A DNA stretch of 64,000 bases from Octopus sinensis. Taxonomy: Eukaryota. Each line of letters begins with the position of its first letter. The first letter of the stretch is position 1. A program made the position numbers and the translations under genes. The notes under the pieces are model-generated. The model worked only from the letters and a program-made list of their open reading frames with translations. It was not told where the DNA came from and searched no databases. Of the stretch, positions 53,571 through 64,000 are shown in pieces. The stretch is from assembly GCF_006345805.1 (NCBI RefSeq), contig NC_043019.1, positions 13,701,360 through 13,765,359 of the forward strand, in the 5' to 3' direction.

Positions 53571-54206
53571 CACGGAGACTTTCTCCGTAAAACTGTAGAC
53601 ACTTGACAAGTAGTTCTGGAGTTGTAGAAAAAAGACTTCACTTACTACCAACGATTAAACCATTAAAAGATTAAGTCTAATACACTAACGGATGAAAGCC
53701 ACACCTAAATTAATGTCTGCTGGCTTTTAAAGATGGAGATGGAGATATTGATTAAAGATTTCTGCTGCAATTCTTAAAAGAAAATCGAGTTCAGGTGATT
53801 TTAGCTCTTGTTATATAAATATTTCTTATATATAAAGAATTGAAGTCTATCATTTAGATATTTAGAAGACAGGTAATATAAACATGCATATACACACACA
53901 GGCATTAACTGGTTGGGACGTTGACCGACATTTTACATGATGCAGTATATGCGTGCGTGTGTATGTGTGCGTACTTATGTTAATTCAAAAATTAATAAGA
54001 CAAGATAGACAACGAAAAACATCGTACGTTAAATATAGAGGCCAATAGTTTTCTATCTATCGGTCTATCGGCTTTGAATCATAAATACATACATACATGA
54101 TTATAATCATACATACATACATACATACATACACAAACATACACATATATACCTACATACACACACATATGTATCTGCATCTATATATAGATGCCGTGTA
54201 TATATT

Positions 54207-54253
<47 letters not shown>

Positions 54254-54363
54254 CCGGAACAGTGTGGTTTGTAAGCAAGCTACTTACCACACAGCCACAT
54301 CAATACATATAATGTATATGTATTGATGCATATATATCTATATCTATCTATCTATCTATCTGT

Positions 54364-54447
<84 letters not shown>

Positions 54448-56239
54448 ATATGTATTATTGTTTATCCTTCACTTGTTTCAGTACTTAGGCTTTCTCTTCG
54501 GGGGGTAGTACTGCCATCGCAGTCATCTATACGGCACAGAGACCTGGTTAGGCCCCAGCCTTAGACGTTTTTAAGCCCGTGACCAACGTAAGTTTAATTT
54601 AAAATTTTTAATGTAATCCAAAAGATCTCTTTAATATTCAGTCATATACGTATCAATAGAATAACTTCCATGGATGTATCTATTGTTCGATTACCTCCCT
54701 TGCATGTTATCATATCATCGGCATTTCATCTAATGGTCATTTTGTTTGGCAGCTGGCGCCCTCTGTCGGACGATTTGGCAGTTGAAGCTATTGATAAGAC
54801 ATGTTTCTTTGACTTTCCGTTTTGTTTGATTCCAATATATTCGTTTGATTATTTATTGATAACACCTGTGCCGGTCAATTCCATTGACAAAATTCCTCCA
54901 AGACTAAAGATGGTCTTGTGTGCCCAATGAAAAGAAATCAATATTATTATATTTCTTTTATTCCAAAGAAGAACAAAATTCCATTGTAACAGAAAACACA
55001 GGATAAATCCGCCATTTTGCATTGGTTTTTGCCTATTTCCAGGCAGCCAAATTTATACTCGCAGCCATCATTTGCATAAATATATATATATATATATTAT
55101 TCAATGTAAATTATCGCTCCCTTTAAGCAGACTACAAAAACCAAATTACCATACACTTTGGTTCAGTAGATAATATGAAATGAAAAAAAAAAAAAGAAAA
55201 GATGGAAGACGAAAAAGAAAATGAAACGAAAATTTTTCATATGAATTTTATAGTAAGAAAAGCGAGTATTCTGTAATTCGTGAATATTATAGCACATCTA
55301 AAGTTCAACATCTGTACAATATTTCCCATTGGTTGCACTTATTTTAGCAACGATTTGACGGCATCAAGAAATGCGAGAAATTATTGATCTGCATATAATT
55401 CATATGAATTGCGCTTTTCTTAGTGTCATTCCATGTTAGATTGAAATGGTAATATCAATATCCGATAATAAATGGCATAATACCATTTTTGTTTGCTTTT
55501 CTTTCTTTTTACTTTCAGTATGTGGTGGTGGGGGGGTAGCTCTTCTCTTTAACACTCGCTTAGAAATAGTACACTCTATATGCTTTATCTACAATATACA
55601 TCCATTATGGTACAAATAATGCTACAAGGCATTATACACTCACACACACACGTGTGTGTGTGAGTGTGTGTGTAGATGGATGTATATATATATATATATA
55701 TTTGTTATTATTATATTTTCAAGCCTTCGAGCTACAATATTTCGTTGGATTTGTATTAGCTTAGATTTGCATCAACAACTTGGGAACTTTTCGGAGCTGT
55801 TCAATATATTTTCTTATTTTTCTGTTTGTCTACCAAATCAATAAGTGCCGTTTGATAACGATATTGTGTTACGGTGTAGCGATTCTAAGGAACTGAATTT
55901 CGTTGATTCGCTAAAGGATGTTCAATAACTACCGAAGCAATGCTAGAGCAGTAGAAAAAAAGAAAAAAAGAAAAAAAAGAAAAAAGGTAAAAGAAAATAA
56001 AGATAAACCTTTAGCAGAATATCAACTGGTTTCTTGCGGTTCTTATTAGCGCATTGAGCCTTCAGGTTACGTTCGACCTCAGAAATTCCGGTCAAATAAA
56101 TCCTTGGGTTCTGAATACAATGAAATTAATTTAGTATTGTCTCTAGGAGCATGCAGTAGGAGTTAGTAAATAACCTCGGCAAAGATAGTCCATATTCAAT
56201 GTGTCGGTTCATTTATCTTCTTCGCTATCTCCCCTCTCA

Positions 56240-56316
56240 ATCTCTATGTATGTATGTAATATACAGATATATATACATGCATACATGCATGCATGCATAC
56301 ATAGATACATACATAC

Positions 56317-56374
<58 letters not shown>

Positions 56375-56399
56375 CACACATTTATATATATTTGTATGC

Positions 56400-56431
<32 letters not shown>

Positions 56432-56450
56432 TTATATATATTTGTATGCA

Positions 56451-56518
<68 letters not shown>

Positions 56519-56520
56519 AC

Positions 56521-56553
<33 letters not shown>

Positions 56554-56554
56554 A

Positions 56555-56585
<31 letters not shown>

Positions 56586-56597
56586 GTATTATATATA

Positions 56598-56631
<34 letters not shown>

Positions 56632-56640
56632 GTATATTAC
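56240..56640. repeat. (TA)n microsatellite field
   Basis: Direct reading. Confidence 0.95.
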
Positions 56641-57520
56641 ACCAGATTAAGCAAATAAATGCGAAACAAGATGAGAAAAATAGTACTTGAATACCAGAGG
56701 TAGAGTAAAATGCTTTATTAAGAAGCAGCAAAAATATCACAAAGACTGTTACTCAGAGATTCACGTTTCCGTTCGTCGGATAATTTTGTTTAGAATGGAG
56801 CAAGATAAAGTTATATGCAGAAATACAAATATTTTGATAGACACACATTTGAAAATGGTTTTCTTTCATTGGTCCTTTCAACTAACGGTATTTTCAATAA
56901 TCGATTGCATGAAATAATAAAGTACGGTTTAAAATCATATTATTATGAAAATCGAAGAAAGCCTTAAATTAAAAATAGCTTATGAAGAAGGAAAAGTTCT
57001 GAATACCCAGGGTAGATAATTAGCTGTAAAAATAAAAAATTAAAAGATATATCTGTTAAAAAAATATTCCCTCTAGATTACATAGACATTTATGCAATAT
57101 ATACACATAGTAAATAATCTATAATATATGTATATACACTAAACAAACAGACGTAGGTATATGGCTACATACATATACAGAAGATCCAGTGTAGTCGGAC
57201 TAATTCGAACAATATTAGACCTCGTAGATAGTTTCTAAACATTTTCAATCGAGCCACAAGTTCTATAAAATTTTTAATAGAAGGACATTGAAGGTTAGCT
57301 ATTCCTGTTGCAAAACCGTCGCTTCTTTTATTAACCAGCATAACACAAACATTATTACAAACAACTACAGTGCCGAATCTAATATGTGGAACTGCAACTT
57401 CAAAGATAATATTGTTGTCCGTTGGAAGGTAAATGTCTTGAAAAAGGAATTGTTTCTTAACCCCCTAGACAATTAGAATTCTTCTTTTTGGTGTAACATT
57501 GCAGCCTGCTGTTTATATTA

Positions 57521-57611
<91 letters not shown>

Positions 57612-57639
57612 ATGTACATATAATATTAGTCGGTTTGTC

Positions 57640-58527
57640 TTCATAACATGTTCTGTTGTTCTTACTCGATGAACCCGACTTCGGTCTCAATGACTACCTC
57701 CAGACGACCTTGGAACCAGCCACAAGCCTTCCTTACTATTATACGTTTTAGATCCTTGAAGGCCCTGGTAATCCTGGCTCTCGCCTTGTCCTTCGTGTTG
57801 CAGCCGGATTTCTCAGTCTCTCGTTCACTGAGCAACACACAAAATAGTCGTGGGGGTTGATGTCAGGCGAGTTGGGAGGCAAATGGGTTGTGCTGGAAAA
57901 CATTATCTGACAGCCAGGCCTGGGTACTTCCGGCTGGTGTGGCAGGGCCCAGAGTCCTGCTGCCACGGGTACGGCCTGTCTGTAGCTACCTGGGCAATTC
58001 AACGCTTCACCACCTCATTCAGAACATGGATGTAACCGTCGGTCTTTAGCCTGAGGTTCTGAGGGAGAAATTGGGTGGCATGATCTCAGCTTCACTGCTG
58101 ATGACACCGAAGACTATGATTTTGGTATACTTCAGTCGTTTTTGCTGTATCCCTTTGGACAGAAAATTATCTTTCATAATCTTGTATGAAATGTACTGTA
58201 TCTACTCATACACCCCTATCCTGATGAAGTTTTCATCGGCACCTTTCTCCTTTGCAACGGACTTGCTGAGTTCATTGTTGATGATCTGTATCTTAGTGAT
58301 AATCTGCGGCGTTCCGATTATGGGTTTTCCTCTCTTGCTGTCGCCTCGTAGTTGAATCCTGAATCTTCCAGAACCTTTGTGACTTTTTCTACCATCCGTC
58401 TAGTCGCGTTGAGGAAGTTTGCAATTTACTTGTTTGTCTTTCCGGCTTGGATTCCAAGGAGAATTCCCTCCCACTTTCCCGAATTGGCGGGGAGGGGTTA
58501 AAAAATTCCCTATAGTCATTTAGTCTG
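57640..58527 (-). mobile_element. Decayed Tc1/mariner-superfamily transposase (maT/DD37D-like)
   Basis: Minus strand across frameshifts: IVFGVISSE..IMPP, RPYPWQQDSGPCH, TQAWLSDN, PPNSPDINPHDYFV; the N-terminus reads KSVAKEKG...YISYK. Confidence 0.82.
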
Positions 58528-58707
58528 CGAAAAAATAAAGCAATAAATGGTTATTGTTCTTACCAAGAAAACGTCAGACAACAAAAATAAAAAAAACAAC
58601 CCAAATATCATGCGTAAAATTAGCGATCGAATACCGTCCGCTCCCTATATATATATACATATATAAATATATATATATATACACATGTGCATATATATGT
58701 GTGTGTA

Positions 58708-58798
<91 letters not shown>

Positions 58799-58820
58799 AT
58801 ATTATATATATATATATATA

Positions 58821-59324
58821 CATGTATGTATGTATATGTGTATATCGGCACACACACACGCACGCGCGTACGCACGTGTCATTTGTAAAGCAATAACACC
58901 GGTGTTCCTTCTTATCTTCTCACGTTTATATTCTGAAAACATACTCAAAATCAAACAGAAAATTACCGAAGGCAGCATTAACGATACAAAAGTAGCCAAA
59001 TATTTATCTCTTCCATATCTAGATAATAATTTATTACACATACATAACTTGAATTTAGGTACTTTGGCAACACATATCTAGCGCACTCACAATAGCTGCT
59101 CAAAGGCAAAAATTTTGTGAAAAGCTCTATAATTGCTTCCTAATTAAGCCGAAATACTTCCTGTCTTAAACTTAATAATTAAGGAAGGAATAATGAGATG
59201 TGTTTCTCCCGTTGGGCATGGCAATTATTTCGAAGAGATATGTATTTCACAGACTGCCAAATCTAATACACTATAGGTTATTTATAAATCAATTCACGTT
59301 TGTTTTCAGTTTGATATTAATAAG

Positions 59325-59373
<49 letters not shown>

Positions 59374-59375
59374 AT

Positions 59376-59420
<45 letters not shown>

Positions 59421-59926
59421 TATACATGTATGTATGTATATGTGTATATCGGCACACACACACGCACGCGCGTACGCACGTGTCATTTGTAAGCAATAAC
59501 ACCGGTGTTCCTTCTTATCTTCTCACGTTTATATTCTGAAAACATACTCAAAATCAAACAGAAAATTACCGAAGGCAGCATTAACGATACAAAAGTAGCC
59601 AATATTTATCTCTTCCATATCTAGATAATAATTTATTACACATACATAACTTGAATTTAGGTTACTTTGGCAACACATATCTAGCGCACTCACAATAGCT
59701 GCTCAAAGGCAAAAATTTTGTGAAAAGCTCTATAATTGCTTCCTAATTAAGCCGAAATACTTCCTGTCTTAAACTTAATAATTAAGGAAGGAATAATGAG
59801 ATGTGTTTCTCCCGTTGGGCATGGCAATTATTTCGAAGAGATATGTATTTCACAGACTGCCAAATCTAATACACTATAGGTTATTTATAAATCAATTCAC
59901 GTTTGTTTTCAGTTTGATATTAATAA

Positions 59927-59929
<3 letters not shown>
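58821..59929. repeat. Tandem direct duplication, 506/505 bp, separated and flanked by (TA)n
   Basis: 58821-59326 vs 59425-59929 differ only by three single-base homopolymer indels, as read by eye. Confidence 0.95.
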
Positions 59930-59968
<39 letters not shown>

Positions 59969-61714
59969 TTTTGATGCAATTTCACTTATCTCCAACTGGG
60001 TTAACAAACTGAGAAATAGCTTTTAATAAGGTACATATAATTGACTGAGCGCAATGATGCAGAAATGCGCATCTAGCATTCCCTACGCTGTTGCTGAACA
60101 ATTTTCGTTGGCTACTGATATATTCCTGTTTTTAAACAAAATGCGTCCATAAAAAAGAAGCTATTTTCTGGAGGATACCGCTGTTAATTTTCCTTTTCTC
60201 GATGTATCTACATTAAGTATAATACACTGATGTATATTTTACCTACACTGTTTCTGTTGCATGTAGCGAATTTTGATTCAACTGGGTGGGTAACTGCAAC
60301 ACCAGTGACTGTTTCAGTCATTGTTTCCTTATATCAGTAGCGACATATTTCGTACTAGCATGCGGTGCACTGTAGTACGTGTTACTGACGAAGCTCAACA
60401 GGGCAGAAATACATCTGTAGCATTCTCCTTGCTGCTACTGGACAATTTTCCTTTGTTACAGACATAGGTGTGTAATTTTAAATACAGCGAACCCAAAAGA
60501 GACATCACCCCCGGGAAAATACTGCAGTCAATTTGCTTTTCACAATGTATCCACATTAAATATGATACACAGATACTGCTATTTGAATCTAGTCGTATTT
60601 TAAGTTAATTTAAGCCTTTGCACATTATATTGATAACAGCTGAAAGCCGGTGTTGAGCAAGAAAGGAATTTATTGCTATAATACTGATGATAACTGTACT
60701 TCAGCGTTGATCTGGTAACATTTGATGACAATTGAAAGCCGGTGTTGAACGGGTAACATTTTTTGGATGACAACTCAAAGCTAATGTGAATGTAACAACA
60801 AATGTAGGGTCGTAGTAATGACAACATCTTAATATCAGTCATGAGATATCGACCACCTATTAGGGAGCTGACATCGAATATTAAATACGTAGAATATTTA
60901 AATCAATGTCATTCTTTTTAGTCGCTAACCCCTTTTGCTAACATATTTCCGTTGAAATACATTAGCTCATTTTAGACAAGGAATGAAGAACTAAATAAGA
61001 ATTAATTAGTCGTTCATTATTTAGGTGGTGTTTGGCACTTAAATCAACATGGAATTTTGATTAACACTTTTAATTTAGATTACTTTAAAACACAGGGCTT
61101 GAATCGCTGAATGTGGGTCGGTCTCAGGAAGATTGGTATACAAAAGAAAATTGCCACCCTGCCTGCTAGTAATAACAGCCGAATTTCTCTCAAACTGATC
61201 TGTAAAATCGTAAAGACGGAAAGAAATATTGAATAATATGGCTTCAGAAGTATTGTCTGAAAACAAGATTGGATGATCATAACTTGTATTCTTTGATCAT
61301 ACGGCTGATCGATTAAGACTGACCGGGGGGATAAACAACAACAGCAGCAGCACCACTAATAATAACACCACTAACAACAACAACAAGAACAATTATTGGA
61401 CAAGTGATAACTTTTATCTGCGGCTCTTATTTACTATCAGAGAACTTAGAAGTTACAGCAGTAGCCCAAAACTTACAATTTGTTTCAAACTAAGCGAGTG
61501 CTTCTTTCAAATTTCCATAATCAAATTTGAGATTTCGTTACATCACAGTGTAACTTCCCGCTACTAATTTAAATCTTTTTGTAGCTCGTAAAATATAATC
61601 AATATTTATATCTTGTGGGATTTAAATAATTGCATCAAACCGTCAATAAAACCAGATCCATTTTAACCCTCAAAGATCTAACTCCATTTCAAAGGTGGTT
61701 CTACGTAATCAAAA

Positions 61715-61722
61715 TAATAACA

Positions 61723-61783
<61 letters not shown>

Positions 61784-61806
61784 TGATGATGATGATGATG
61801 TTGATG

Positions 61807-61840
<34 letters not shown>

Positions 61841-61865
61841 TAGTAATAATAATATAAAATAATAA

Positions 61866-61896
<31 letters not shown>

Positions 61897-61903
61897 TAAT
61901 AAT

Positions 61904-61947
<44 letters not shown>

Positions 61948-61976
61948 TAATAATAATAATGATGATGATAATAATA

Positions 61977-62009
<33 letters not shown>

Positions 62010-62088
62010 TAATAATAATAATAATAATGATGATAATATAATAAAAATAATAATAATAATAATAATAATGATAATAATAATGATGATG

Positions 62089-62121
<33 letters not shown>

Positions 62122-62185
62122 TAATAATAATAATAATAATAAAATAATAATAATAAATAAAAATAAATAAATAGTAATAACAATA
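61715..62185. repeat. (AAT/GAT)n microsatellite
   Basis: Direct reading. Confidence 0.95.
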
Positions 62186-62591
62186 AACATCTAAAAAATA
62201 AAGAGACAACATACAAATTTATTATTTCGCATTTAGGAATGCGTTTTATTTTCCCCATGAAAATATCAAATTAAAGAATAATTTTATTTTTTTATAGAAA
62301 AATTTATCTTAATCTAAAGAGTTTAAAAAGATTTTAAGGGAAATCGGGGCATCTGCTTGGAAGCTGTAACCTTGGCTTATTTGTAATGAGCTTGACAGTT
62401 AATGTGTGACGGTTTGAAGGCTTGCCATTATGGAACTACGTGAGTTCGATTTAAATACAAGCGATCTTCAGAATACCTTTTTATCTTTTCACGCTTACTC
62501 TTTTTCATTTGGTTCATTAGCTTGCAGCCACGTTGGAGGTACCTTGTTGAAGGGTTTTAGTGGATCAAATTCACGCCAATGCTTCAGTGCT

Positions 62592-62995
62592 TACTCTTTT
62601 ACTCTTTTACTTGTTTCAGTCATTTGACTGCGGCCATGCTGGAGCACCGCCTTTAGTCGAGCAACTCGACCCCGGGACTTATTCTTTTTGTAAGCCCAGT
62701 ACTTATTCTATCGGTCTCTTTTGCCGAACCGCTAAGTAACAGGGACATAAACACACCAGCATCGGTTGTCAAGCAATGCTAGGGGGACAAACACAGACAC
62801 ACAAACCACACACCACATATATATATATACATATATACGACGGGCTTCTTTCAGTTTCCATCTACCAAATCCACTCACAAGGCTTTGGTCGGTCCGAGGC
62901 TATAGTAGAAGACACTTGCCCAAGATGCCACGCAGTGGGACTGAACCTGGAACCATGTGGTTGGTTAGCAAGCTACTTACGACACATCCACTCCT
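62592..62995 (-). mobile_element. SINE family A, full length
   Basis: Highly similar to 2304-2689 and 4336-4734; has a (tactctttt)n tail. Confidence 0.92.
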
Positions 62996-63180
62996 GCACC
63001 TTATCTTCTTTTACTTAAAAAAAATTCTGGTAATTAATTTTTCGGTCTCTAACCGAACTGTTAAGTTACAGGGACACAAATAAAACAACAGCGGGTGCAC
63101 TTGGTGTTTGGAGAAATATTTGTTACATGAATGTGAATGTTTTGTTAGATTAGGGATTTCTGTCTTTTAACTTTTGTTTG

Positions 63181-64000
63181 ATCAGAGACGATGTGAGATG
63201 GTTAAATAGAGGTATGTAGTAGAGTTCAATATAAGGAGATATTTTGGAAAAGGATGGAAATAAGGTGTATAAAGAGAAATAAGAGAATAAAAGTAAAAAT
63301 TAAAATATATGTGGGATGTTATAGTAACATCATCCAAGGAAAGTGGTGTGTAGAAATGATACAAATGCATCTTGTACATGGTATGTAAATTCCTTTGGCA
63401 GTTCATATTTTGCCATTACAAATGGAAAGTGTGGAGAGTTACATTCTACGTGCTGTTCATTCAAAGGGGTCTTTTCGTGTGAGTGAAATTTTGAGAATCT
63501 AGTCGTAGTATTAAGTAGATAGAGAGAAGAGAAAAGATGTGCATGTTAAAATGAGGTGAATGGTCAAAAGGTATAGGCGAGGAAAGAAGAAGGAAAGAAA
63601 GAAAAAAGAGGAAGGAAAAATGAAAATGGTAGTGTTAGTTGGTGGCCAAGATATTATGAGAGGGGATGGGAGAGGAGTAGGGGAGGGAGAGGAAGAGATA
63701 AGAATGTAAAGAAGGAACATGTGTGAGTGGTGGGATGTGGGATGATATGTTTGAAAGGCACTAAGTTGGAGGAATGGGTATAGAAAATGGTACAGGGTGG
63801 GGATATTAAAGTGAGTAGAAAACCCCAAAAAGGAAGGGAGAATAATAAGATATAATGGCCAATTTTCTTAAAATAGACGGAGGTGTTTATTGTCCTGGCT
63901 AAGGTGATTGTCGGAGCCGAGGAATTCGAGAAAGAAAGAAAGACGCGTCTATTTCCTTCTATTTCCTTCTATTTCCCTCTATTTAATCATCTCACATCGT
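63181..64000 (-). mobile_element. Possible Penelope-like element remnant with an inverted terminal segment
   Basis: 63188-63212 and 63976-64000 are inverted copies (24/25). The minus copy continues gtctCTGAT and stops there. A short minus-strand peptide KTPLNEQHVECNSPHF weakly resembles a GIY-YIG C-terminus. Confidence 0.4.

Noticed and set aside
60630-60800. Repeated tgaaagccggtgttga (60641, 60733), CRISPR-like spacing
   Set aside because: Only two exact copies within a degenerate ~40-bp tandem repeat in eukaryotic DNA; not an array.

Overview
AT-rich, extremely repeat-dense eukaryotic DNA with no recognisable host protein-coding gene; it is intergenic or inside a large intron. The microsatellite load and tRNA-derived SINE families look like an Octopus (coleoid cephalopod) genome, an inference from remembered repeat families, not a search. 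Contents: (TA)n/(CA)n/(TCTA)n and triplet microsatellite fields, which explain nearly all ORFs in the track; three tRNA-derived SINE families (A, B, C) in many copies; a 5'-truncated RLE-type non-LTR retrotransposon between (TAA)n tracts; a Helitron 3' remnant; three decayed Tc1/mariner-superfamily transposases; two MITEs; and a 506-bp tandem duplication that may be an assembly artefact. The most interesting signal is about ten minimal type I hammerhead-ribozyme-like motifs from several unrelated short repeats, probably Penelope-like element (PLE) pseudo-LTR remnants. Four loci form fold-back inverted repeats with the same outward-pointing geometry. Several motifs have variant cores (apparent 3-8 pair covariation, an extra purine after A9). 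All folds and alignments were done by eye.
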